Made by a program: the position numbers and the translations under genes. Source: an uncultured Candidatus Saccharimonas sp. (lineage in GTDB: Bacteria > Patescibacteriota > Saccharimonadia > Saccharimonadales > Saccharimonadaceae). From it: 32,000 bases of DNA. Below are positions 8,425 to 16,721 of this stretch, in pieces. Under the pieces are notes generated by a model, which saw only the letters and a list, made by a program, of their open reading frames with translations, made no database searches and was not told where the DNA came from. Positions within the stretch are counted from its first letter, which is position 1. Every line of letters begins with the position of its first letter. Location of the stretch: assembly GCA_963528875.1 (NCBI GenBank), contig CAURWT010000001.1, forward strand, positions 30,001 through 62,000. The letters are read 5' to 3'.

Positions 8425-10251
8425 TTATTTAGTAGATTTCGCCATTCGTTTGCGCTCATTTGAATCCAAATAGCGTTTTCGAAGTCGCAAATTTTGCGGC
8501 GTAACTTCAAGAAGTTCATCATCTTCAATAAAATCAATACACTGTTCAAGGCTTAAATCTGTATATGGCGTTAATTGAACCGCACCATCAGAAGATTTTG
8601 AGCGCATATTTGTGAGGTGTTTTTCTTTCACAACATTAATTTCTAGGTCTTCTTGGCGATTATTTAAACCAACAATCATTCCGGCATAGACTTCAGTTCC
8701 TGGGCCGATGAATAATTCGCCACGACTTTCTGCACTTTGAAGCGCATAAGGTGTTGATACTCCTTTTTCGAAAGCTATTAATACACCATTTCGACTTGAA
8801 GGAATTTTAGTTCCCATCTCTTGATAACCATATGGCAAGCTATTCATAATAATTGTACCTTTTGTAGCGGTCAGCATTAGATTTCGAAGACCAATCATAG
8901 CACGCGTTGTAATAATATAAGTTAAGCGAGTAGCCCCTGTTGGTAGGCTTTCTTGAGCACGCATTTCAGCTCGGCGAGCCCCCATCTCTTGGCTCACCGC
9001 ACCAACAAACTCAGGTGCAACTTCAATAATTAATTCTTCAACTGGCTCTTTTTCGATACCATCTTCTTGAATTGTAACTACTTGTGGGCGACCAACTTCA
9101 AACTCAAAGCCCTCACGGCGCAAGGTTTCAATCAAAACAGAAAGGTGGAGTTCACCACGACCCGAAATAATGAAACCAATTCCGCTTTCTTCAACTTGTA
9201 GTGAAACATTTGTTTCGAGCTCTTTCTTTAGGCGATCACCAATTTGGCGTGAAGTTGTAAACTCGCCTTCACGGCCTTTCATCGGGCTGGTGTTTGGGCC
9301 AAGATACATCGAAAGGGTTGGCTTTTCAACCTCAATTGTCGGCAAAGCTTCAGGATTATTTGCATCAGCCAAAGTTTCACCAATTTCAGCTTCAGAAACA
9401 CCTGTAATCGCTACAATATCTCCAGCAAAGGCTTCTTGAATTTCCTCGCGGTTCAAACCACGATATGCAAAGAGCTTATCAATTTTAGCCTTTTTAACCG
9501 TGCCGTCTCGTTTGATTAACGCAATTTGCTCACCAGATTTCACTTTTCCGCGTGCGATTCGCCCAATCGCGTATTTTCCTAAGAAATTATCGTAAGTTAA
9601 AGAAGTTACGAGCAATTGAAAATCACCTTCAAGTTCAACTTTTGGTGCAGGAATTTCATTAATAATCGCATCAAAAATCGGCTCAAAATTTGCATCTGCT
9701 TCAGGATTTTCTGGCACTTCAGGCCATGATTTACCATCGCGCCCAATTGCATAATAAGTTGGGTACAACAATTGATCATCATTCGTAGCAAGTTCCAAAA
9801 ATAAGTCCGAAACCTCATCATTAACTTCTGTGATTCGACGAGCTGGTTTGTCAATTTTATTTACAACTACAATTGGTTTCAACCCAAGTTCAAGAGCTTT
9901 CGAGAGCACAAATTTAGTTTGAGGCATTGGGCCTTCTTGAGCATCTACCACCAAAATTACACCATCCGCCATATTCAGCGTGCGTTCAACCTCGCCAGAA
10001 AAATCGGCATGCCCCGGCGTATCAATAATATTGATTTTATAATCACCATGATAAATTGACGTCTGTTTTGCAGTAATAGTAATTCCGCGCTCCGACTCTT
10101 GATCTCCTGAGTCCATCAAAAGTGTCTGGCTCATTTCAGCCTGATTTTCACGAAAGGTATTACTCTGTTTTAAAAGACCATCCACCAAAGTGGTTTTTCC
10201 GTGGTCAACGTGAGCAATAATCGCTACATTTCGAATATTTTCTGATTTCAT
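8425..10251 (-). CDS. typA: translational GTPase TypA/BipA
   Basis: 608 aa. [21 protein letters not shown] and NKID G-motifs, and the EF-G-like domain order typical of BipA. Confidence 0.95.
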   Translation of the reverse strand: MKSENIRNVAIIAHVDHGKTTLVDGLLKQSNTFRENQAEMSQTLLMDSGDQESERGITITAKQTSIYHGDYKINIIDTPGHADFSGEVERTLNMADGVILVVDAQEGPMPQTKFVLSKALELGLKPIVVVNKIDKPARRITEVNDEVSDLFLELATNDDQLLYPTYYAIGRDGKSWPEVPENPEADANFEPIFDAIINEIPAPKVELEGDFQLLVTSLTYDNFLGKYAIGRIARGKVKSGEQIALIKRDGTVKKAKIDKLFAYRGLNREEIQEAFAGDIVAITGVSEAEIGETLADANNPEALPTIEVEKPTLSMYLGPNTSPMKGREGEFTTSRQIGDRLKKELETNVSLQVEESGIGFIISGRGELHLSVLIETLRREGFEFEVGRPQVVTIQEDGIEKEPVEELIIEVAPEFVGAVSQEMGARRAEMRAQESLPTGATRLTYIITTRAMIGLRNLMLTATKGTIIMNSLPYGYQEMGTKIPSSRNGVLIAFEKGVSTPYALQSAESRGELFIGPGTEVYAGMIVGLNNRQEDLEINVVKEKHLTNMRSKSSDGAVQLTPYTDLSLEQCIDFIEDDELLEVTPQNLRLRKRYLDSNERKRMAKSTK

Positions 10252-10323
10252 ATTTTCTCTCTATTAAAAATTATTATAAAACTTTAAATATTCTACCATT
10301 TTTTTCCCAAAAAATCAACCAAA

Positions 10324-10773
10324 CTATTTAGAGAAATTACTCCACCAAAGAATTTTATTCGCAATATTAAATAGCCAGTTCACTCGCCGATCATAATTTA
10401 AAATTATCAAATGCGTGTGCTGATGCTTAACAGTTTTTCGAACGTTTTGCGCTGCACGAGCATAAATTGAAAAACCCTGGGCTTCATATTTTGATAAAAT
10501 TTCAAAATATTCTTCCTTTTCTGCTGGTGAAAAATTACTAATCGTATCTGTAAATTTCTTTGGAATTAGAAGTAAATGCTTCTCAACTTCAAACCCATCC
10601 CAAATTTGATACGGAAACAAGTTTTCAACCAGTACAAAATGCTCAAATTTTTCTATAACCAAATTATCGCGTATTGCTCTGTCGTAAAAATTATAATCTT
10701 CGCCCTCATGTTTTTTATTTTTTGCATATTTTTCATATTTTTTGCCAATCCCGTTAGGCCTTCTTGTGTCCAT
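10324..10773 (-). CDS. HIT (histidine triad) family nucleotide hydrolase/transferase-like protein
   Basis: 149 aa. HxHxHxx motif HQHTHLI near the C-terminus. Confidence 0.7.
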   Translation of the reverse strand: MDTRRPNGIGKKYEKYAKNKKHEGEDYNFYDRAIRDNLVIEKFEHFVLVENLFPYQIWDGFEVEKHLLLIPKKFTDTISNFSPAEKEEYFEILSKYEAQGFSIYARAAQNVRKTVKHQHTHLIILNYDRRVNWLFNIANKILWWSNFSK

Positions 10774-10781
10774 TCTTTTTT

Positions 10782-10787
10782 ATTTTA
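10782..10787 (-). promoter_or_regulatory. -10 box TAAAAT, 8 nt upstream of the HIT-gene ATG (leaderless-type)
   Basis: Reverse strand reads ggTAAAATaaaaaagaATG. Confidence 0.3.
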
Positions 10788-10862
10788 CCTTTCGATTATA
10801 CATATTCATCTACATAATCTTAACATAACTTTAATATTTTTTCAAAAAAATGAAAAAAGTTG

Positions 10863-10891
10863 TTGACTTTACAAAAAGAGTCTGCTAAAAT
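10863..10891 (+). promoter_or_regulatory. promoter TTGACT-17-TAAAAT for tRNA-Val
   Basis: -35 at 10863-10868, -10 at 10886-10891. The tRNA starts 11 nt downstream. Confidence 0.6.
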
Positions 10892-10902
10892 GGTAATTGT
10901 TC

Positions 10903-10979
10903 GGGTGATTAGCTCAGTTGGCTAGAGCATCTCGTTTACACCGAGAGGGTCTGGGGTTCGAGTCCCTAATCACCCACCA
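10903..10979 (+). tRNA. tRNA-Val (anticodon TAC)
   Basis: 77 nt. Hand-folded cloverleaf: acceptor GGGTGAT/ATCACCC, anticodon stem TCTCG/CGAGA with loop TTTACAC, T-loop TTCGAGT, encoded CCA. Confidence 0.9.
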
Positions 10980-10994
10980 ATTGAAATTATATAG

Positions 10995-11028
10995 AAGAGC
11001 TTCAGTTTTGGAGCTTTTTTCTTTTTTT
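10995..11028 (+). terminator. rho-independent terminator after tRNA-Val
   Basis: Stem AAGAGCTTCA/TGGAGCTTTT (with G-U pairs), 4-nt loop, long T-run running into TTTCGAAA at 11026-11033. Confidence 0.6.
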
Positions 11029-11043
11029 CGAAAATTTAAATTA

Positions 11044-11072
11044 TTGACTTTTTAAGCTTTTTATGTTATTAT
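11044..11072 (+). promoter_or_regulatory. promoter TTGACT-17-TATTAT
   Basis: -35 at 11044-11049, -10 at 11067-11072. Upstream of the 11131 CDS. Confidence 0.45.
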
Positions 11073-11130
11073 ATAAGTATTCTCGCACCTTTTGATGCTG
11101 GAAAATTTTGAAAGAAAAGGAGGGTTAAAA

Positions 11131-11523
11131 ATGATTAACCTTCTCACGTACTTAGTACTATTCGTGCTAAGATTACTTAACGTAATTTCCCTAGGAGCTA
11201 TAGATAGTATAGCAACGGTTTACTCAATCTTAGTTTTTTCAACTTTTTTTGTGATTTTAAAACTTGATTCAGTAATACAGATTTGTGATTTTTGGCGAAA
11301 ATCAGGGAAATTCATCAAAGTACTATTGTTTATCGGAGTTATCCTTAACTCATTGCCCCAATGGTATTTATGGCTTGTCGGAATAATTCTGATTATTCTA
11401 GCCTATTTTATTAAACCAAAAGAGGGTAAATCTTCCCTATTCCAAAAATTAAAAAATGTTATAGTGGAAGAATTTAAAGAGGATGCAAAGCAGAAACCTA
11501 GAAAAAAATTACCTCCAGTATAG
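11131..11523 (+). CDS. multi-pass membrane protein (hypothetical)
   Basis: Start set at ATG 11131 (AAGGAGGG SD at 11117-11124) rather than the track start at 11092. About 4 hydrophobic segments and a basic C-terminal tail. Confidence 0.65.
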   Translation: MINLLTYLVLFVLRLLNVISLGAIDSIATVYSILVFSTFFVILKLDSVIQICDFWRKSGKFIKVLLFIGVILNSLPQWYLWLVGIILIILAYFIKPKEGKSSLFQKLKNVIVEEFKEDAKQKPRKKLPPV

Positions 11524-11531
11524 CCTTCGTT

Positions 11532-11569
11532 AATCGCCTTTGAAATGAGGCGATTTTTCTTTATTTTTT
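11532..11569 (+). terminator. rho-independent terminator
   Basis: Stem AATCGCCT/AGGCGATT, 8-nt loop, T-run, then TTTCGAAA at 11567-11574. Confidence 0.65.
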
Positions 11570-11617
11570 CGAAAAAGTTAAAGTGCTTGCGTTTATTTAA
11601 TATATATTATATGCTTA

Positions 11618-11646
11618 TTGACTTTTTAATAGTTTTGTGCTATAAT
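11618..11646 (+). promoter_or_regulatory. promoter TTGACT-17-TATAAT with TGn
   Basis: -35 at 11618-11623, TGC then TATAAT at 11641-11646. About 150 nt upstream of the 11798 CDS. Confidence 0.6.
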
Positions 11647-11654
11647 TCTAGCAG

Positions 11655-11752
11655 TTGACATATCATAATCAGCAGATCTGTCAATGAAGCTTAAAAATCG
11701 GGTTATTATGAGGTATGAATCGTGATACCTCTGTGTTCATTTTTATTATTTT
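11655..11752 (+). promoter_or_regulatory. structured 5' leader (two hairpins plus a T-run) of the 11798 gene
   Basis: Inverted repeat TTGACATATC (11655-11664) / GATCTGTCAA (11675-11684), 9 of 10 matching. Hairpin GAGGTAT-N8-ATACCTC (11710-11731), with a T-rich run at 11740-11752. Mini-ORF ATGAGGTATGAATCGTGA at 11708-11725. Confidence 0.35.
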
Positions 11753-11797
11753 GGCCAGAATAATAAAAAAATATATTGAAAGGAAGGTGAAATAGAA

Positions 11798-13243
11798 ATG
11801 GACACAACAAATAAGAAAATCAAAAAGACCCTTCGTCGGATAGTGGAGTATATTGACGTAAGTCAGAAAAAAGATAGGGATTGGTATAATGATGTTGAGG
11901 ATAAAGCCTCAACTTTCAAAACCAATCAAGAAAAACTAGAATATCTTGAAGGTATTCTAGATAAGTTGAAGCATAATGATGAAGCCGATAAAGCTAATAG
12001 TGGAGAAATTGTAAAGCCAAATTTTTGGTCGGCAATAGCCATCGGTGGTGGAGTGTTTCTATTCGTAATTGGTATGATGGCGTTATACTTTTTGTTTTTA
12101 GCACCAAAAAGTGCCAATGCTACAAATGGCAGTATGACTACCGCTTCTTCCACAATTTCGAAGTCTGCGGATCTTCCAAAAGAAGATTTTAAGATTATGG
12201 ATTATGTGGTTTCTTCAGGAAATGAGATTAAACCTAATCCTGACATGAAGAATGAGCAGCACAAAGTGTTTGCAAATGGCTCTTCAAACAATTCTCTTTC
12301 AGATGATAAAGATGCCGCGATAAAAGAAATGACCGACTACATGGCACACAATGTGTCGGCATTAAAAGAGAAGGCAATGGCTTTTGGAATCGTCAGTCAA
12401 AATACTGACGAAAAGAAATGGCTCGAAAAGAGAAATGGCTCTCTTTATTACAATAAAGAAGGCCAAGATATTTTCTATCAAGTCAAATCTTTCTTAAATC
12501 GCAGCAAAATCACTTCGAAAGTTATGGAACAAGGTAGTAACTATTATACTACTGGGCTAAACAAAGACAATAAAGTCGTTGTTAGCCAAAGTTCTCAGGA
12601 TCTTTCTGGGCAAAGATATTTGGAAGTTAAGAATCCTGAAGGTTCAACTGAAAAATATCACTACAATATCTTGGTTATTTGTGGGAATACTGTTATGAAA
12701 AATAACAATATTCACGGAATTCCGACAGAAAAAATCGAGATTCCTAAACCGCAAAGACCAAAAGATCCAGAAAAACCTGGTAAACCGTCAGAACCTTCAA
12801 AACCGAGCGAAAGCAAGGTCGAGAAGAAAGATCCTAGTAAGGATCCAGCTAGCCAAGGTAAAGCTTTGGTTGGCGGAGGTCAAAACGATGGATCTTCGAA
12901 TAGCGCAGAAACTTCTCAGGCAAAATTACCTGAAAGCTACTCTGCTCCATCTGCACCAGCGCAAAGCTCTTCTTCAACATCAGGTCAGACCACCCCATCA
13001 CAGGACGCTCGCGTTAGCGAACCGTCTCAATGGAGCGGCGCTGGAACAGTTACGGACTCAAACGGGTCTACAACGGTAGAAAAAAATGGAGCCGTAACCA
13101 CCCCTGATAATCGCCGCTATAGCGGCTTGGTGGGTAAATCTGCTCCTAAAGTAGAAGCTGGAGCGAATGGAGCTACGGCTCCAAACAGTTCAGCTAATTT
13201 TGCAGGCAATAGCTCTATGAGCGAGCCTGCAATTGATGACTAG
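11798..13243 (+). CDS. membrane-anchored secreted protein with a Pro/Ser/Ala-rich C-terminal tail (hypothetical)
   Basis: 481 aa. AAGGAAGGTGA SD. Cytoplasmic N-terminus, one TM (FWSAIAIGGGVFLFVIGMMALYFLFLAP), an extracellular domain, then a PKPQRPKDPEKPGKPSEPSKPSE linker and an S/A/G/T-rich tail. Confidence 0.75.
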   Translation: MDTTNKKIKKTLRRIVEYIDVSQKKDRDWYNDVEDKASTFKTNQEKLEYLEGILDKLKHNDEADKANSGEIVKPNFWSAIAIGGGVFLFVIGMMALYFLFLAPKSANATNGSMTTASSTISKSADLPKEDFKIMDYVVSSGNEIKPNPDMKNEQHKVFANGSSNNSLSDDKDAAIKEMTDYMAHNVSALKEKAMAFGIVSQNTDEKKWLEKRNGSLYYNKEGQDIFYQVKSFLNRSKITSKVMEQGSNYYTTGLNKDNKVVVSQSSQDLSGQRYLEVKNPEGSTEKYHYNILVICGNTVMKNNNIHGIPTEKIEIPKPQRPKDPEKPGKPSEPSKPSESKVEKKDPSKDPASQGKALVGGGQNDGSSNSAETSQAKLPESYSAPSAPAQSSSSTSGQTTPSQDARVSEPSQWSGAGTVTDSNGSTTVEKNGAVTTPDNRRYSGLVGKSAPKVEAGANGATAPNSSANFAGNSSMSEPAIDD

Positions 13244-13383
13244 CTTTCTTTGATTTTAACGATTGCACTTTGTCTTTCGAGACTCACGCTGGGCGGTTTT
13301 CCGCCGCCTGGCTTTACATTGATACTTCTTAATAACCCGATTTTAAGTTTTAACAATTCGGCTAAAGCGAAGAAAACAAAATA

Positions 13384-13412
13384 TTGACAAACAGAATTAT
13401 GATGATATTAAT
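13384..13412 (+). promoter_or_regulatory. candidate promoter TTGACA-17-ATTAAT
   Basis: -35 at 13384-13389. The -10 is weak. Confidence 0.35.
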
Positions 13413-13460
13413 AATAAATTCTAATAAGTGGAGATTAGAAGGGAGAAAATGAGGGACCAA

Positions 13461-15695
13461 ATGAAAAAACTCATTAATTTTATTAAAAACCATTCAATAA
13501 TCTCTGGTTCAGTTTTGGTGGCGGCAGTAGCTCCAGCTCTAGTTTGGGCTTGGGGTCCAGCTCGACCATCATTCACTATCGAAAAACCAGCAGATTATAT
13601 TACGTTCAACTCAATCACGAATAACCCTGTGATTGGCGGAGACGAAAAAGATTTCGTTGGAATCCGTGAAGTTGGATCAAACGCAAAATGGACAAACAAT
13701 ATGAAAGTTCAAAATGGCAAAGAATATTACGTTCGAATGTACGTTCACAACAACGCAGCTTCGAACTTAAATCTTGTTGCCGAAAACGTAGTAGCAAAAC
13801 TTAACGTTCCAACAACAACAGCAAAAAATGTGACTGTTCAAGGTCAGATTTCAGCTTCAAATGCAAAACCTAACACAGTTTGGGACGAAGCAACTTTTTC
13901 AAGCGATAATGGCTTCAACTTAGCTTATATTGCTGGTTCTGCCCTTTTCGAAAATAACGGAATGGGTACAACTAAACTTCCAGACAGTATTGTAAATAAT
14001 ACTGGAGCAAAACTTGGATACGATAAACTTGACGGAAAAATTCCTGGATGTTTCCAATATGCAGGCTATGTAACCGTTAAAGTTAAAGCTCAAGTTAGCC
14101 AACCGCAAGAAAAAACTAACATCGACCTTGCAAAAACAGTTCGAAATAAAACAAATGGCGAAAAATCTTGGGTTGAAACTGCAAACGCAAAATCTGGCGA
14201 CACAGTTCAATTCCAAATTCACGCTAAAAATACAGGTTCTGCAGGAATTCAGAATCTTGTAATTCGCGATATTCTACCAAAAGGTTTGAATTATGTTGCA
14301 GGCTCAACAAAACTCTATAATACATCAAATCCAAAAGGATTGAAAGTTAGCGACAACGTCATTCAAAATTCTGGAATCAATATTGGTTCATATCAACCAA
14401 ATGGCGACGCTTATGTTCGATTTGATGCAACTGTTTCAGCTGAAAATAGTTTGCCAGTCTGTGGAGAAAACACTTTAACTAACATAGCTCAAGCAAGTGA
14501 CCAAAAAATCGTTAAAAACGATACTGCAAGCGTAAAAGTTACAAAAAAATGTGAAACTCCTAAAAATCCAGTTTACAAATGTGAAGCTTTAAGTTTGAAC
14601 ATTGTTCGAAAAGACGAAAAGCAAATCACTTATGCGGCTGACACAAAATATTCAGTAAAAGATACAGAATTTACTGGTACAAAATATGTAGTAAAAAATT
14701 CAAAAAATGAAGTTGTTGCCGAAAAAGTTGTAAATGGTGGAACTAAATTCGAAATTACCGTTCCAAACAATGTGAACGAAAAATACACAGTTACTTCAAC
14801 AATCATCACTAAAAACGGTGAAAATTCAAATGCTAACTGTGAAAAATCTTTCGAAACTAAGGCTCCAGCGCCAGTTCCATCTAAACCGGAATTGGTATGT
14901 CGAAATATTACAATTAACCAAATTTCTCGAACAAAATTCGAATTTAACACTTCTTATACTGTAAATAACACAACATTCGTTGGTGTTAAATATATCGTAA
15001 AAGATCAAAGTGGTAAAATCGTAATCGAGAAAACTGTAAATAACAGTTCAAAATTGACACTCAACATTGAAATTGTTGGTAAATTCACAATTTCTTCAAC
15101 AGTTATCACAAAAGATGACGAAAACTCAAATTCAAATTGTGAAAAATCTTTCGAAGTTAAACGTGAAGAAAAACCTTCAATCCTTATCAAGAAAACTGTA
15201 AATAATCAGAAAAATGCTAAAATTGAAGCAAATACTGATTTTAACTACGAGATTACAGTTTCGAATAACGGAAATGTTGATTTGAAAGATGTTGTTGTAA
15301 CCGACCGTGCACCGGCAAATATTACTTTTGTAAGTGCCGATAGTGGTGAAATCAAAGATAATACTTTAACTCTAAAGATTAACTCTTTGAAAGTTGGTGA
15401 AAGCAAAACTATTACAATTAGATCACAAGCAACAGCAACAGGAATAACTGCCGTAAATACAGCCTGCGTAGATACGCCAACAATTCCTGGTGATAACGAC
15501 GGTTGTGATAGCGCCAAAGTGGAAGTTCCAAAGAAACAAACTTCACCAACGCCTACACCAAACAACCCAACACCAAATATTCCAACAGAATTGCCACAAA
15601 CTGGTGCAAATACACTTTCTGCAATTTTTGGATTAACATCAATGGTGACCGCCTTTGGTTACTACTTCGCTAGCCGAAAAGCTGCAAGATTCTAA
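13461..15695 (+). CDS. LPXTG-anchored surface protein with DUF11-type repeat domains (putative adhesin)
   Basis: Start set at ATG 13461 (GAGGG 5 nt upstream). Signal peptide MKKLINFIKNHSIISGSVLVAAVAPALVWA. Two DUF11-like modules. C-terminal LPQTG (15591-15605), then a hydrophobic segment and RKAARF. Confidence 0.85.
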   Translation: MKKLINFIKNHSIISGSVLVAAVAPALVWAWGPARPSFTIEKPADYITFNSITNNPVIGGDEKDFVGIREVGSNAKWTNNMKVQNGKEYYVRMYVHNNAASNLNLVAENVVAKLNVPTTTAKNVTVQGQISASNAKPNTVWDEATFSSDNGFNLAYIAGSALFENNGMGTTKLPDSIVNNTGAKLGYDKLDGKIPGCFQYAGYVTVKVKAQVSQPQEKTNIDLAKTVRNKTNGEKSWVETANAKSGDTVQFQIHAKNTGSAGIQNLVIRDILPKGLNYVAGSTKLYNTSNPKGLKVSDNVIQNSGINIGSYQPNGDAYVRFDATVSAENSLPVCGENTLTNIAQASDQKIVKNDTASVKVTKKCETPKNPVYKCEALSLNIVRKDEKQITYAADTKYSVKDTEFTGTKYVVKNSKNEVVAEKVVNGGTKFEITVPNNVNEKYTVTSTIITKNGENSNANCEKSFETKAPAPVPSKPELVCRNITINQISRTKFEFNTSYTVNNTTFVGVKYIVKDQSGKIVIEKTVNNSSKLTLNIEIVGKFTISSTVITKDDENSNSNCEKSFEVKREEKPSILIKKTVNNQKNAKIEANTDFNYEITVSNNGNVDLKDVVVTDRAPANITFVSADSGEIKDNTLTLKINSLKVGESKTITIRSQATATGITAVNTACVDTPTIPGDNDGCDSAKVEVPKKQTSPTPTPNNPTPNIPTELPQTGANTLSAIFGLTSMVTAFGYYFASRKAARF
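14580..15161 (+). repeat. two tandem, diverged ~90-aa Cys-bracketed modules inside the LPXTG gene
   Basis: Unit 1 is 14580-14861 and unit 2 is 14898-15161. Each starts at a Cys and ends ...ENSN(A/S)NCEKSFE(T/V)K. Identical 18-mer TGTGAAAAATCTTTCGAA at 14838 and at 15138, 300 nt apart. Confidence 0.8.
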
Positions 15696-15739
15696 GCTGA
15701 CCGCTTCTCAATGGAGCGATCAAGCTTCAAATCTAAATA

Positions 15740-15767
15740 AAATAGACTTCCACTTGGAGGTCTATTT
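15740..15767. terminator. bidirectional terminator between convergent genes
   Basis: Stem AATAGACTTCC/GGAGGTCTATT (one G-U), 4-nt loop, A/T runs on both sides. Confidence 0.7.
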
Positions 15768-15772
15768 TATTT

Positions 15773-16624
15773 TTATAAATCTTGCTGGCCTTTTTTATCA
15801 GCAATTTTTCTCGCTGCTATAATTACATTATCAATTAATGAAGCTACCGTAAGCGGACCGACACCACCCTTTACTGGGGTGATTGTTAAGTCTTTTCGAA
15901 AATCACGAGCTTCTTCAGCTACATCGCCTTTAATTTTGCCATTTTCGCTTGCTGTTCCAGCATCAACAACCACAGCTTTATTTTTTAGCATTTCTGAAGT
16001 TATTAAATTTGGCTTTCCAACGGCTGTAATTACCACATCAAAATCTTTAAGCTGCTCTTTCATTTCTTTCGAGTTAAATTCATCAAATTTCGAAACTGGC
16101 ACACCAGAAGCCTCAAGTATTTTTGAAAGCGGTGCACCTACCAACTTACCTTGGCCAACAATAGCAACTTTTTTATTCTCTAAAGAAATATTATACCCTG
16201 CCAAAAGCCAATTTATCGCCTGAGCTGTAGCTGGTACAAAAGCACTATCGTTCAAACCGTCAACATCTTTTTCTTTAGATATTTCTGATAAAATTTGCTC
16301 AGTTTCCTCTTTCGAAATCTTCTCGCCATTTTCATCTTCAAGTGGAAGTTGAACGATAATCCCATGAATATTTTCATCAAGATTTGCTTTTTGAATTTCT
16401 TTTTTCATACATTCAACAGCAACTTTTCTCCGTTCGACCTCAATTAAAATATCTTCACCATATTTTTCTTTAAGCCGCATATAAGTTTCAGTTACAGGAT
16501 TTTTCGAAGAATAAAAAATTACTAATTTCGGAAAAACTCGCCAACTTTGCCGCAAAGCCCGTACTTGCTTAGCTTGACGTTCCTTAATAAAATCGCGGAG
16601 TTCTGCACCATTTAAAATTCTCAT
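15773..16624 (-). CDS. folD: bifunctional methylenetetrahydrofolate dehydrogenase/cyclohydrolase
   Basis: 283 aa. IVGQGKLVG Rossmann motif and the C-terminal PVKGGVGPLTVA motif. Confidence 0.9.
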   Translation of the reverse strand: MRILNGAELRDFIKERQAKQVRALRQSWRVFPKLVIFYSSKNPVTETYMRLKEKYGEDILIEVERRKVAVECMKKEIQKANLDENIHGIIVQLPLEDENGEKISKEETEQILSEISKEKDVDGLNDSAFVPATAQAINWLLAGYNISLENKKVAIVGQGKLVGAPLSKILEASGVPVSKFDEFNSKEMKEQLKDFDVVITAVGKPNLITSEMLKNKAVVVDAGTASENGKIKGDVAEEARDFRKDLTITPVKGGVGPLTVASLIDNVIIAARKIADKKGQQDL

Positions 16625-16630
16625 TATTTT

Positions 16631-16636
16631 ATTATA
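16631..16636 (-). promoter_or_regulatory. -10 TATAAT, 6 nt upstream of the folD ATG (leaderless-type)
   Basis: Reverse strand reads gcgTATAATaaaataATG. No SD. Confidence 0.45.
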
Positions 16637-16646
16637 CGCAAATATA

Positions 16647-16675
16647 TTGAAAAATTCAATTTTTTAATATATAAT
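16647..16675 (+). promoter_or_regulatory. promoter TTGAAA-17-TATAAT
   Basis: -35 at 16647-16652, -10 at 16670-16675. Upstream of the 16722 CDS. Confidence 0.55.
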
Positions 16676-16721
16676 TTAACATATAATAATTACAGAAGTT
16701 AATCAAAGAAAGGATTTTTAA

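Noticed and set aside
10774-11130. The minus-to-plus gene-orientation switch at the HIT / tRNA-Val spacer, considered as a possible replication origin.
   Set aside because: I recognised no DnaA-box cluster and no dnaA or dnaN nearby. Orientation flips back to minus after 15.7 kb, so it is better explained by a local plus-strand cluster.
13428-13460. Upstream alternative starts given by the ORF track: GTG 13428, ATG 11092, TTG 18374, TTG 27698 and GTG 28174.
   Set aside because: In each case a downstream ATG has a correctly spaced SD or a -10 box at leaderless spacing. The upstream codon either overlaps the SD or -10 element or has no signal of its own.
13025-15718. 13-nt exact repeat TCTCAATGGAGCG at 13025-13037 and 15706-15718, flanking the LPXTG gene. 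Considered as possible att-like or duplication scars.
   Set aside because: A few 13-mer coincidences are expected by chance in 32 kb. The flanks do not extend the match, and no integrase or recombinase is present.
10903-15772. tRNA-Val-adjacent cluster considered as an integrative element or prophage remnant.
   Set aside because: There is no integrase, phage or transposase gene. I could not find a direct repeat of the tRNA 3' end. I kept it only as a possible variable surface locus.
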